DNA from: Kudoa neothunni
Taxonomy: Eukaryota > Animalia > Cnidaria
Assembly: GCA_964304625.1 (NCBI GenBank)
Contig: OZ199838.1
Coordinates: forward strand, 7,799,466-7,863,465
Direction of reading: 5' to 3'
DNA length: 64,000 nt
Numbering within the stretch: position 1 is the first letter of the stretch; every line of letters begins with the position of its first letter. The translations under genes were made by a program, and so were the position numbers. This document shows positions 28,228 through 41,927 of this stretch, one piece after another. The notes beneath the pieces are model-generated. The model was not told the DNA's origin. It was given only the letters and a program-made list of their open reading frames with translations, and searched no databases.

Positions 28228-31200
28228 GGCACATACGTGTGGCTATGTCTATCGGTCCGATAGATCAGTTTTACGATTTTGTAATATTAAAAATAAGTAA
28301 AATTAGGTTTTTCATTTCCCAATGGTTAAATTACAAAGTTTACAAACATATTTTTGATATTCGAGTCGCTCCAATTAGGAATTGTTACCGACACGGTGTG
28401 ATTATCGTTTTCAAATATTATATATTTAACTTATATTATATTTTTTCGCTGAAATTTGAGAATAAATTGATCTGGTGATCGCATCTAAATTAAACAGTGA
28501 CGTTGAATTTTATGAACCTTGTGTTTCGTGTAGCGTGGTTATTCGTAGGCAATGAACAGCAACGAAAGTGGTGGAAACAACCATGATGTTAACACTAACG
28601 AGAATAATTTTTTTAAAGTTGGTGATACGTTTAATAACTTTGAAGAATTAAAGTTGAAAATTGAACAGTTGGAATTACTCGATAAATATACGATGTTCAT
28701 ATTAGATTTCAAAACCATTGATAGTGGCCAACAACGATGTGATCGAGTGTTAAATCCATTATTAAAATATTATCAATAAAAATATTGTTGTATTCACGGC
28801 GGGAAAAAGGTAAATCGTTATATTTTGTTAAATATTCGTTATTCAAGGTTAATTATTATTTTGTCTTTAGAAATATTTTTATTTAGTTATTAAGTTATTT
28901 ATTGGTTTCATTACTTTAGAGAAAGCGATCAACTGGTCAACGAAATACGAACTCTTACTATAAGGGATGCCCAGAGTTTTTAAGGTTTCTAATTGACACC
29001 GATGGGAAAAAACTTGTGTTAAAATCTCTTAATTTATCACACAACCACGATTCTCTTAGTTTACCCTCAAAATTTTCGTCAAAGGCAAAAAAACCTAATG
29101 ACGAGGAGGTTACATATATCACCCAACTTGTTGAAGTCGACGGTAATTCAAAGGCTATCCAAGAAAAATTTTTAGGGAGAAGGGAAAGTACGTTTTGCTG
29201 AAAAAGCTAAGAAACATTAAATATTCAATTAAGTCCCATTCAACCACACTTGATTGTTTGTTAACTCTAAAAAATAATCCTAATGTATTTATTGAAGTGT
29301 TAGAAGCTGAAAATAATTTTAAGGGCCTTTTTTATCAAGATTTTGACATGAAAAAATGCCTGAAAGCTTACCCCGAAATAATATTTATTGACGCCACATA
29401 TAAATTATTAGACTGTAGGGCTCCAGTTTATTTTCTTGCGGTAATGGATGGAAGAGGAATGAGCGAGATTGTGGCAACAGGAATCCTCACCGAAGAAACC
29501 GAGGAAATATTGTCATGGTTTATTAAAACAATTAAAAAGCATTACCCATTGATAGAAAACGAGACTAAAATTTTTATGACAGACAAAGACATAGTAGAAC
29601 GAAAAGTTTTAAAAAATATTTCTCGAAATGTTAACATTCAATTATGTCTTTATCATGTCTTAAAAGCATTTAATCGTGAAATCAAGGTCGAGAAAATGAA
29701 CATCAATTCTAAGGAAAAAGAAATTTCACTCTTTTACCTACAAAAAATCTCATACGCCAAAAACAACGATGAGTATAATTCTATAAAAAACAATTTAAGG
29801 ATAATGTAGGAGAAAACGTTTATCGTTATTTTAAAAATAATTGGCATACCATCAAAGATGAATGGGTTATTGGTTTACGGAGATACGATGGAATGTTCTT
29901 AAATTTTACCAATAATAGAATTGAAAGTATCAATTCCAAAGTAAAACAAGTGATTCCATTGTTTTCTTCTTTTGAAGAATTTTTCAAGAAGTTTCTGGTT
30001 TACATAAATACTTCAAGAATGGAGAATGATAATAAGGCTGTTCAAGAAATTTTAGACTCCTCAAAAATTCATTGATCTTGATATAATCGAGTATTATAAT
30101 TATTTAACAAAATATCCATTTCAAATGGTTTCAAATGAATATTCTAAAGTTCTATCGCCAGAAAACATCGGTGACGAAATTTTTCCAGGTAGTTTTAATA
30201 TGCCTTCCAATGATAAATGTGGCTGTCCCTTCAGAATCAGCATGAACTTACCATGCTGTCATGTATTTACATATCGGAAAAAGTGTAATCTTCCACTTTT
30301 TGATAAATCTTTGTGCTCCAAGAGATGGACGAAAAATTACTTTATTGAAAACTCCAGGTTGCAAGAAAATGTTTGCAAAAAGAATGATGTCGACTTTGGA
30401 AGCGATTCGATTATTTTCAGTTCTTTACCCAAGAATGTTCAATATTCAGAACAGAAAAAATTTAATGAAGCTTCTAGGTTAATGAAAACCGTCGCTGCTA
30501 GAATATCAGAAAAAACAGGCCCTGAATACAATTATTGGATAGATATGCTGAAACAGTTTGTGGAATGCATTGAAAATAATGAAAAAATTGCGATAACAAG
30601 ATTTAACGATAATGACTCTACACGTGAGGTCTCAGCAGCCTCAAGCAAAAACATCACTGCATCTAAAAGTATTCATTTATATAATATAATGTAATATTAA
30701 TTCTGACCTTTATAGATTCAGAATTACATCATTGCCCTGTAAACGAAAGTCAACAAGAGTAAAACGGAATCCCTGTTTAAATATTTATTCTAATTATAGA
30801 GAGAAATCCAATAATGGTGAAAAATCATATGATATATCTGATGAAGATAATAAAATTTCAAGTAATACAACAATTAATTATATTTTTGATTCAAAATGTA
30901 GAATTAATTAATTTTGCCTTCAAAAATTAAATACAAGGGCCGCCCTAGGCCCTAGAGGTTCGCCGACGACTGTAATTGATATAAAAAGATCTAAAGTCCA
31001 CATGAGTTTGTTCATGAATTTAACTGAAAAGCAACAAATTTCGGGCATATTATAAATTTTTTAAATAATAAATAGCTATGCTGAGTTGGTTCGTTGATAC
31101 AAAAATTGCGAGAAGAGCTATGGTTAATAAAGAAAAAATTGATGAAAAGGATGTCGAGGTTTTTTCCGATAACATAAGTGACGCGATTCTTGACCAAAGG

Positions 31201-34200
31201 GTTAAAATTGATAAAATATTTCCTTATTTTACTGACGACGCCATTTATAATATTAAAACGATTATAAAAAACAAAAAAAACCGTTGGCTATATGTGCAGT
31301 ATCTGTAAAAACACGATTGGGAACATGGAATCATCTATAGGTTGTGATATATGCTTAGAATGGAGTCATTTCAAATGTCAAAATATCAGTATTGGTCCAT
31401 ATTCTAAATATTGGTGTTGCAACGAATGTAAAAAGTTATTCAAGAACAAATGAAAGTACAAAGGTTGTAAACTTGAAAAAAAAATATTTCTCCAACAAAA
31501 GAGTAGTTTTATTCGAATTATCTTCAAAATTTTTACTATTTTTCCAGATACAATTTTTTTTATTGCAAATACGAATAGTGCCAAACTATACTATATTTTT
31601 AATTACGCTAATAATCGACAAGTATTATTTCTTTTGTAAGAAACATTGGCTATTATAAGGTCGATTTGTTTAAAGCTTCGTTGTTGAAATTAAATTCTAT
31701 AATCTTAATTAGTTTCTATAATGATGTCATATATAATCAACATTAAATAAATTTCATGTTTAAGAATATACCAATATAATTAATATTTTTTCGAACCCGG
31801 ATGGAGATATTTACTTACTCATTCGAAATAGTGTCGAAATTTTAATTTATTTACAAAGCAAGCATAATTTGAATAATATTTCGAGATAAATGTTGTCAAA
31901 TTGCTTTACCGCTTGACTAAATGAATTTTTGTTTGTTATGTACTATGTAAATTAACTTATTAGTACGAATCAATCTCTCGAAATTGAATATCAATAAATT
32001 ATCAAACCGATATAAATAATTATTAATTATTTCTCTAAATAGAATCAAATATATCTCAAAATTATTATTTTTAGATGCATTTTAAGGATAAATATAACGC
32101 ATAATTAAGTCATTGGAATATATAAATATGATGTAAGGCAGTGTGTATTGGCCCGAACAAATTAATTTATTTAATTTTCGAGTTTTTTATTATAGTGAAT
32201 CTGTGTTGTCTGATATAAAACAATTTGCAATTTCTTACTTAATTTTTTTATCGAGTTATATCGGTTAAAAATATTCTGTATAATGTAATATGGTTTCGAC
32301 AAAATGGACCGTAAAAAGTCTTTTTATTGAGTTTATGGGTTATTTGTTTATTCAAATGAACATTTTTAGTTCTGATTTAATTTTTAACTATCTATGTAAC
32401 TAAAATTTTTATTTTAATAGTTTTAATTTTATTGTAACGTGCATTGATTTGATTGTAATCATCCCCTAATGCTGTAATACAAAATTATTGTAAAAAAATG
32501 TAGGATTTTTCATCAGACCAAAAACATAAAGTATATAGTTGTTGTATTTAAAGATATTTGGTTATAGCAAAAGAAAAATTTTGATTTTACTCCTACGCGC
32601 GTGTTTACGAAATGGGATTGCCTGAACTTAATACGATTTTTCAAACCGGAAATACTTTTAGCATTTTTGGTGAGTCAAAGTTGAAAATAGAGTAATACGA
32701 ACAAAACTCCATGGGTAGTTTATCTATATATGACTCTTAAACCATCAAAAGAGCTTAGAAGCGATGTAATAAAACGTTAAATCCAATACTTTAGTTTTAT
32801 CATACAAAATACTGCTGGGTTCATCGCGACAAAAACTTAATTTCTTCAAAAATTTTAATAAATTTTGTATATGCATTAAAGTTTGAAAACATGCAGTCGT
32901 TATTACAGAGCATGCCCAATGTTTCTATGAACTTTCCATCACAATTTTTACATAGTAGAAATAAAATATCAAAGGATGAAAGTGATCTTATCACTCAATT
33001 TGTTCAAGTTGACGGAAATTCCAAAGTAATCCAAGAAAAAATATTACGAGAAAGGGGAACTTTGTGTCATTGAATAAAGTGTCTAACATGAAGCACTCTT
33101 GTAAATCACATACAAAGAACCTGTAATTTTAAAAAAATTCAAATAAAAAAAGAAGATATTTAGAGATATGGGAAATCAACAATGAGACTATAGGCTCCGA
33201 CATATGTCTTCAATCGAGCTATTTTAAATGCTAACATATTAAACTGAACCCGTCATCAAAATATTAGAGTTGTATGAATTGTAAAATAGGAGAATGATAG
33301 AAGAGAAATTTTGATAAAAAAGCTTTAGTTTTAATTCATATGCTATTTAAATATATCTTATACCATCATGAATATGTATTTTACCCATCCATAAGATGGT
33401 ATTTATGTTACAATAATTTAAAAGGATTTTTTATCAAACACGTTCAATCAATTTTACAAAATTCATATAGTCATGTAGTTGAATTCATGGGAACATCTGT
33501 GTGATACATGGCTTGGTGAAAAAGTCTAAATCCAACATTTTTTGAACAAAATCACCAATAAAAAGTTATATTTAAACGTTGAAAATAATGGTCCAAATAT
33601 GAATAAAATTGTTATAGTGGATAATAACAACTATATATTTTAATTGAGAACATTAAATTTCAACTAGTATCGTCGAAATTCAGTTTGTATGCGAAGTGTC
33701 CTGATTAGGTGACATTAAATTAGGTATAAATCAATAAATTGGATTCATTTTCAAATAAAAAAATCATATGCACAACATTTATTTACATTGGGTGATTTAT
33801 ACCGATATTATAAAAAATGTCAATGTCGGACATTTGACGCCATTTGGAGTTTTGGATTTAGGACAACCATTTATATGGATGAAATCAATTCAAAAATATT
33901 GAAAATAGCAAATAACATGATTACAACAGTGAATTCATTCAAAACTATGAATATAACACGGATATATCATATCAGAAAATTATTATTGCACAATACGTGG
34001 AACGAATAAATTTCTTACTGATCAAAAATCAAAAACATATCATTCAAATGTTAAACAAGTTTATGATGGAAAATAGAGCATTTACAAAGAGAAATTACAA
34101 TAATGATGAGGATGGGTCCTCCTAAGTAACGCCTTATATCACAGATTCCTAAGGACAAAATTCTTTTATTTTGTTCACATTAATATATAATCCATTTTAA

Positions 34201-34559
34201 TAATTTTTTGACTCACTACAATTAAAAAAGAATCCCCTAAATAGGTAAAAACAATTTGTTCGGGCCAAGAGACACTTCCATGATGTAAATATTTGTATGG
34301 AAAACTTAAGCCTTATTAATCCAATAATTCATAAATGTGTTAGTTTATGTAAGATTGGCATTTTTCACAAGTCAAAAAATGAAGATCTCGATTCTATTCG
34401 TGTCTAAATAGGTGTCTGAGTATTCTCGTTAATTAAACTTAATTGATAGATATACTTGTCGCTAAAATGTTGTTTAAAATATTAAATGTAATCTTATATC
34501 AACTCAAAGTAAATTTAAATAGCATGCGATGCTGATCTTCCAGAACAATAGACACAGCC
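28228..34559 (+). mobile_element. MULE transposon, copy 2 (same family and lesions as 11711-15920), with a nested MULE
   Basis: Perfect 9-bp TSD attatcata (28219-28227 / 34560-34568). The 75, 204, 60 and 189 aa ORF fragments are identical to those of copy 1. Confidence 0.95.
32137..34279 (+). mobile_element. Non-autonomous MULE nested in MULE copy 2
   Basis: 27-bp TIRs ggcagtgtgtattggcccgaacaaatt / RC ggaagtgtctcttggcccgaacaaatt; perfect 9-bp TSD atgatgtaa. Carries a decayed transposase piece (VDGNSKVIQEK). Confidence 0.93.
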
Positions 34560-34676
34560 ATTATCATAACATATTGCTTCAAAAGATATGGAACGCTACA
34601 TAATTTCTGCACTCACCTCATCGTAAATCACAGTATAGAATATGTGAATAGTACTATAGGAGCTCATACAAACACC

Positions 34677-37109
34677 GGTAATGGTGTACTTACCGGCTAC
34701 CAAAATTCGGCATGATGTCGTGATTTTTTTCGGTCGATTTTTTCGTATATTAAGTTCATTCACTCTAAAAAGTTGCAGCATACGAATATAAATCAATTTT
34801 TTTTCTAATGTTTCCTAAATTCGTTGCCATAATCCATTAATTGAGCATAACACGTGACGACAAATAAAAAGATCCTCAAACTATATGTTTTCTCACATTT
34901 TATCGCGATATATAGCACATAATAATATAATATTAGAATCTAATATAGTTATGCATATATGTGATTTAAATTTGTATTTTATCACTTAAGTTTAAGGACG
35001 CACGGTTTCAGAAAATAAGGCGACAATGGTTGATATTAAATCAGACGATGAGTTTTTTTTTTGCTTATAAATAATAATGAGATTCTATTTAATTTCTTGG
35101 TTTCGAAAAAAATCGTCCATGGTCTTCTAAAACAATGTAGAAACTGTAGAGGTTGCGACACAATGTATACCTCTACAAGAAAGAGAAAGGAAACTAGCCA
35201 ATTGATTTCTTCATTAAATAATAATGAAAAAATAGTTATATACGTATGTAGAAGGTAATTGAAATACAATAAATGGTTTTTATTAAATAAGATAGATGTA
35301 AAACAAAACTATGTCCAAAAAAACCTTTTTTACCTGAAATAATGAGGGAACAAAACAAAAATTATCTACCAAGAATATATTAAAGATCTTGTACTATTGG
35401 TCTTTAGATAATACTATTGAATCAATCTCATCAATGGTTTCTGTCTCCAAAAAATCGATTATAAATTGGTTTATTAAAATTCAAACCATTTCCTCAATCA
35501 ACAAAAATTCGGCGATGAAGGATACGTTATTGAAATTGATGAAAGTCTATTACATGGCAAAAGAAAAAATAACAGGGGTCCTTACTTGAATGGAGATTCT
35601 TGGAAACATTCTTCTACAAAGGAAATCTTTATCCCTGAGAATGAAATGACAGTAATAAGAAAAAAAATTTAATTAATTTGTTATGTCATCTAGACGGATG
35701 GAAGTGGAAGTGAATATTGCCCTGATTGTGGAGAATTGCCCGACGAATATATGTGTATATGTTATTTAATTATACGATGGTAAATTTTATAAATTAGCTC
35801 TATGTTCGAATTCTGAAAAATATGGGAATAGGGTGGACGGTCCCTGGGTTTTTGGTCTTTGTTGTGCTCAGTTGATCCTGATGGGAAAAGGACTCTAAAA
35901 GTGGTAAGGTATTTCAGTGTTCAAAGAAGAAATCATGAAACTCTGATATCAATAATTGAGAACGAGGTCCTTAACGGGTCAACTATTTACAGTGACGAAT
36001 GGCCTGCTTACAATAAACTAACAGAACGAGGCTACAATCGCATTCGAATCAACCATTCCCAAAGTTATTGTATTAATGGAGCACATTCAAATATTATCGA
36101 ATCTTGTTGGGGTCGGCTCAAGCTTAAGATCCTTAAAATTAAGAGAGGTGTGAGTCGACTAAATTTCGATAGTTACCTGCATGAAGAATGGTTCCGATCT
36201 ATTATGGGTGGGAAACTCAATTTATTTAACAATTATTTGAATATTATTAATAAATATTACCCAACTCAATAAACCGTCTGATTTTATATGTGACGTGTAA
36301 AATCAACTTTACCAAATAAGACTTTTATAAATGAATATACTATGTTATAATGAAAGTGTTAAAATATAATTATAAAAGAATAAGCAACATTCAAATCATT
36401 AAACATTTAAAATATTATAATAGAATGTATGATTCTATAAGCTCTATATTAACTGATTCAATTACGCCTAAGGTATATTTTTGAACGTTTTGTGAAAAAG
36501 ATACTATTTTTAAAATGATTTTTAACTTTATGCATAAACAAGAAACATTTAGAGTCGATAGAAAAAGAAATTGCCACAAGATTTAAAAATTATTAGTTAA
36601 AATAAAATAATATGTTTAGCTCATTTCGTAAAATGTAAAATATTAGCTACGTTTTGGTAGAAAATTGTCCATAAAAAAATTTCAAACTAAAAAAACCAAA
36701 ATTCTTTTGTAACGTTACTCATAAACTTTGATTTTTCCATTTTAAATCTGTGTATTGTGAAAATTTCCCAAATAAAATGATTCAATTTTTAATTGATTAA
36801 ATCGGCAAATAAGTAGATTCCACATATTTTAAAAATCATTTTTCAATAATTAAAGAGGATAACTTCACAAAAACGTTAATTTAAATTGGTTAAAACAAGA
36901 AAACAATACCTAAAGTAGCATCATAACGGGGATTAATATAACATACAAGGGATTATGACAAACGAATTTAGGAAACATTAGAAAAAAAATTGATTTATAT
37001 TCGTATGCTGCAACTTTTTAGAGTGAATGAACTTAATCTACGAAAAAATCGGCCGAAAAAAATCACGGCATCATGCCGGATTTTGGTAGCCGGTAAGTAC
37101 ACCATTACC
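34677..37109 (+). mobile_element. Merlin transposon with long (about 160 bp) TIRs
   Basis: GGTAATGGTGTACTTACCGGCTACC... TIRs; perfect 8-bp TSD caaacacc. Transposase about 35040-36272 contains IEIDES, GPWVFG, IYSDEWPAY, INHS and HSNIIESCW, with frameshifts. Confidence 0.95.
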
Positions 37110-38164
37110 CAAACACCATTGAAAGCACTAGGGATGCTATCAAATATAAAATATCACAGAGAAACAGGACATATTCGGTTAATGAAGATGGTTCTGTCAG
37201 TATGGATGGAATCGACGAATCTCCCGGTGAATCTCAATGGAGATGGGGAGATAATCACATTTTATGGGTAAAGCCATCCCATAAAGGCTTTATATCATCG
37301 TTACAAAAATTTTAGTTTACTATCAATTAGATTTGTATTTGTTGTGTTTTTCATAATTTTTTTCGATTGCACTTATCCTATGTTAATTTGAGATTGTGGG
37401 GTTTTATATCAAAATTCAGCCCTGAATTTATATATTGGGCGGCTCGCAAGTAAAGATAAACATGAGACCATTTTTACTAGAGGAAAAATAAGTTTTATGA
37501 TATAGTTCGGATTCCGTCGGTTGATCTCGCGAAAAGAGTGGGTTAGACCAGTCAACAACTTTAATTTAAATGTAAATTAAACCCAACTTCGATGACGATA
37601 TTATTGAAATTAGAACCATAAAAGTCCGAATTCTTAATTATATTGTTTAATCGGTTTAATATTCAGATAAAGAGCTCAATTCTTTATCTGTGTTTAAATC
37701 CTTTCGGCAAGTTCCCACTTTAGTTGGTAAATTTTTTTCCTTTGGAATATCCACTACACACAAGTGTTGGAATCGAAATTCCGATTAAGCTCAATCCCGC
37801 TAAAACTTTCATCAGGTAGATATTACGCTTATGCTAATAATTTAATTATTGTGCTACTGTAATAATCTAATTTTTGCAAATTGTCGAAATAGTTTCGTAG
37901 GTTTTAAGAGAAATAAGTATATTTTTCCTAATCTATTTAAATTTCTTACATTGATTAATTACATTTTCATTTATAAGTCCCAAGGTTACCATATTTGTTC
38001 ATAATTAAATGAATTCATATGCTAATTGAATATCTGGCGATGATTAATATTTTGTTGATAGTTTTTTGTAACATTTATCAAAATAATGTGCTTATATTTA
38101 GATAATTTCTTGTACTCAGAGACTAGAGACCGGTAGTAGCGACTTGAAATTCTGTTTGGTCAAA

Positions 38165-39325
38165 ATGAATATTCAAGATGAATTGAAGAATATATTATGC
38201 TTTATTTTAGATATGATAATTATCTTTATTCTCATCCTAAAAGACATAGTTGAATATATTAAAAATTTGGTTTTCAGCAACCAACGCGTTGTGTATCACA
38301 AGAAAACAGCCTTTATTACAGGTTCAAATGGAGGTGTTGGTAGACAGTTGTGCATCCAATTAGCCCAACTGGGTAAGGATTTTGTGTTGAGTAACTCGCG
38401 AAATCATATTTCTTTGAATGATAGACTGCAACTTAATTTGTCTGGATCATCCATGTGTTAAAGAATCCATGGAATCCTTCCGGGAAAACACCCTTTTGAA
38501 GTTAAACCCTAATATCAAAGTTTTCACATATTATGTGGACCTCAATGACCTCGAATCTGTGGAAAAATATTCGGAAATGGTTTTGTCTGAACACAATATT
38601 CATTTCACCATTTTTAATGCCGCTAAAAATTATGAACAAGATTTTCTCAGTGTGAATACAGAAAACTTTCTGCGTGTACTTCGTGTCAATTTTGTGTCTA
38701 ACATGATAGTATACCTCTATAATGTCGAAAAGTTATTTATTATTTTTGTAGTTAATGAGATCTATTATGCCTCAAATGATTAAAAATAAATGCGGTGATA
38801 TAGTGGCTATTTCATCCATTTTGTCCGAGCATGGGATCGGAAATGAAGTTGCATATTGTGCCTCCAAAGCTGCCATATCATCGCTTATCGAAAGTGCTGC
38901 TAGTTATTGTGACTTAAGGCGGCACGATTTCATAAGGTTCCATACGATTTTTCCATCAAAGATTGACACTCCGTTGTTTAATGGGTTAGTTTTGAGGTAA
39001 TTTTTTCGTTGGCCGGATGTGCAATCGGTAATTACCTCCTTTACTTAGTAAATATGCTCATTATATTTTCCCCCTGTTAAAACCAGAGTATGTGGCTCAA
39101 AAAACAATCGACGCTATAACTTTCAATTATCGAGAAGTTTACCTACCCAAATTTATGATGAAAGTTTTTATTGTAGTTCGAGAGTAAAGATTATTTGTAA
39201 ATACACCAACTTTTAATTCTAATTTACGACATAGAATAATTCCACCAAAGTCTCTTCTCCGTTTGCTTAGATATTCTTATCAACTGCCTGATGACGTGTC
39301 TGCAACGAAGATAAAGCAACTGTAG
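38165..39325 (+). CDS. Short-chain dehydrogenase/reductase, SDR16C (RDH10 / HSD17B11 / epidermal retinol dehydrogenase-like), 5 exons
   Basis: Hydrophobic N-terminal anchor, TGSNGGVG Rossmann motif, ISS and YCASK catalytic motifs, and LKPEYVA. Frame is kept across GT-AG introns 38373-38424, 38709-38751, about 38997-39048 and 39184-39234. Confidence 0.88.
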
Positions 39326-39721
39326 GCCTGATTAATTAGTTGCTCCATTATTACGACAATATTATCATATTGACTTGTCGTATTATTATATCGATTCTGA
39401 ATTTTTATTGTGGGTTTGTTCTGTCTTTATTTCCGTTAAATTGTTAAAAAAATATATTCACCCAACCCGTTGTAAAAAACTTTTTCTTTAAGCTCATTAG
39501 ACTCTATACTTCATTCTGCTGTGCTTGATGATTTATCATTATTATTTTTGAAGATAAAGTTTATTTAGGGCGAGGAGCTGACCTTATCGACTGATGCATA
39601 TAAGCTTGTTTTTTTTAATTCTAAACGAACACTTTATTGTAGACCACGGCGAAACATCCATTGGCGAGTACTGTGTTTAAGTCACCGTTTAAATGCCTCA
39701 ATTACCACAAAATTTTAATTA

Positions 39722-40550
39722 CAGTGACTCATGGGCGGTGCCTAATCAAAAGGGAAATCAAAACCATTACACACGAGCCGTAATTACGCACGACAACTTT
39801 GCGCGTGCGAAATTAAACAAAAAATTTATATTTTGGCCAACTAGTGTACTTATTTAGTGTCGTATTTGAATTAATTTGTAATGGAACACGATATGAATTT
39901 GAAGATTCACAAAAAATGTATTATGCGAAATGCTATATCTTTTTATTAAAACTTAAACCGACCAATAGATACAAATGTTGGTTTTGAGACATCATAAGGA
40001 ATTCATTAGCTTTATTAATAAAAACATATTGAGAATCTTTGATCTAATTTGCTCTCATCAGTTCAATCCACCCTTCCGTTTGCAGATCAAAATCCATATT
40101 TTCTCCCTTGGAGAGTTTTTATTACTTTCGAATAGAACCATCGTTATAATATTAAAACAACCAGTTTAAGTAATTATAATAATATTCAAGGCATACCTTA
40201 TTTTTACATCAAAGATCACTGTTTCGGATTTAGCGTTCGATTTCTTCGCCACTTTTTGATAATATTTTATAATTCCAACTTTTGGAATAGATTTGAAATT
40301 TTATTACCTTATATTGACGCACAAGCCTTAATCTTCGTAGTTATGAAAAAGAAATCATTACGCATGAGCCATAATCGCGCACAGCACATAAAATGCATAA
40401 AAACTATTGACATTTTAATTTTTCTAAAGTCAAATTGAGGCAATATGTTACTTTTGTTATAAAGCTTATAGCGTACAAATTAAATTCTCTCTATATATAT
40501 TCATTATTTTACGTTTTATTGCGATATTACGTACGGCACTTAAGTCACTG
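39722..40550 (-). mobile_element. Internally deleted pogo/Tigger derivative, copy 2
   Basis: TA|cagtgactcatggg ... taagtcactg|TA. Collinear with 10333-11135. Confidence 0.9.
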
Positions 40551-41394
40551 TATTAATTTTGTCGTAAAATAACCCAAATTGTAAGTCCCGTAAAAATTCG
40601 CAACCAATTAAAAAATATTGAATAAATTTTCTTCCTTCAACAGTATTACTATTACGATTTTGTTTTATATTTCATAAAAAAATATAATACATCATGGTTC
40701 AGTCACATTGTTTCGGTGAATAAAATTCATATTATTAAAATGGAGCATGGCCCACAGGGACGAATTTGTTTAGATGTATTACAATTATTCGTTATATAAA
40801 AAATTAACCAGACAATTTGTATTAAAACAAAATAATATAATTTTGTTTTGCTTATATCAACAGTAATATATGTGCATTTAAGGATTTGATCGAAGGTATC
40901 CAGATCTTCTTGAACTTTCCGAGTAAAATAGTATTTTCCTGTGTTATTTCTTGAAAAAATTAAGTTTGCCATTTTTTAATTTATAAATAGAGGATATTGT
41001 TTCGAAATAATGAAAAAAAATTTAAAATTTGTTAAAGGCGTTATTGTAGAGTTGAAATGGTGTTATCTTCGTTTGTCATTAAAAGCGGGAAATTTTCGTA
41101 TTAATATCGTAAACTTAATTGTTGTTTATGGCGGTTTGAGCGAAGTATTGCAATTTAAACAATGAAGAAATTCCCGCATAAACTTCCTAAAAATGCCAAT
41201 CACAATTCTTTCATTTTTTCTGGAGGAAATTGATGTTTATGAAATCAAGTTGTCCTTTTAGAATTGACCATTTAATACTTTTCATATTAAAAATTTTGTT
41301 CTAGTTAATTTTTCCACAATGAAATACTTATTCATTTTTATAACTGTCTTTAAAGTTTTTTAATTCTTTTGTTCTTCAACAGTAAAAATTATAA

Positions 41395-41850
41395 TATTTT
41401 TTTGTTTACAGGGTAAAATCCCTGACGCAACTTATTAGGTTGTGTAATTCTGGTTGGCCAGACCTCTTCCATCAACGTTTTAGACACCGCTGGACGTAAC
41501 ATGAAACCCCGCCCCTTTTCTTTATGCGGTAGTGTGGGACTTTAACCCACTAAACACCCTCATCTCAGGGCGACCACCATTCCAAATCCTATCTCTTTAA
41601 GGACGTTGGCCCTGTGAGTGCTGCAAATCACTTCCCTTTCGAAGGGTTCCGGAGAATCAAACTTCTATTAAAGCGACTTTGGCTGCTAATGCATCCCACT
41701 CCGCAGCGTGCGTACACTTTAATCACAGCTCCCAAACATGGGATAGAGACCCACCGAGACGGAAGCAGTAGTCTGACCACCGGCGGAATCGAACCCATTA
41801 CCTCAAGGTTCTAAGTCCTAGTGTCACACTGATGTGCTATCTGCCCTCGG
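41395..41850 (-). mobile_element. tRNA-derived SINE
   Basis: GC-rich island. The minus-strand head has an A-box-like TAGCACATCAGTG and B box GGTTCGATTCC; the tail is A-rich. 15-bp degenerate TSD cagtaaaaattataa / cagtaaaagttgcaa. Confidence 0.78.
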
Positions 41851-41927
41851 CAGTAAAAGTTGCAACAGGTAATCGTCCCATTAGAATGTTAACACTAGTA
41901 TATTATTAATACTAGTATTAAAAAATA

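Larger units (their letters stand above)
27439..37450 (+). mobile_element. Merlin transposon remnant split by a MULE and by a second Merlin (outer limits approximate)
   Basis: Transposase pieces 27847-28227 (GAWVLGGVER..VPDRTAE, PGSII), 34569-34676 (VNHS..GAHTNT) and from 37118 (IEST..) rejoin across the TSDs. The TIRs are only weakly visible. Confidence 0.75.

Noticed and set aside
36990-37271. Duplicated small gene MIYIRMLQLFRVNEL (also 34596-34796)
   Set aside because: Spurious ORFs reading out of the two long Merlin TIRs.
40727-40972. 81-aa minus-strand ORF as a host gene
   Set aside because: No recognisable domain and no supportable exon chain.
41775-41850. Functional tRNA-Leu(TAG) gene
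   Set aside because: The D-arm and acceptor stem do not pair convincingly, and it heads a TSD-flanked 456-bp unit, so it is a SINE head.
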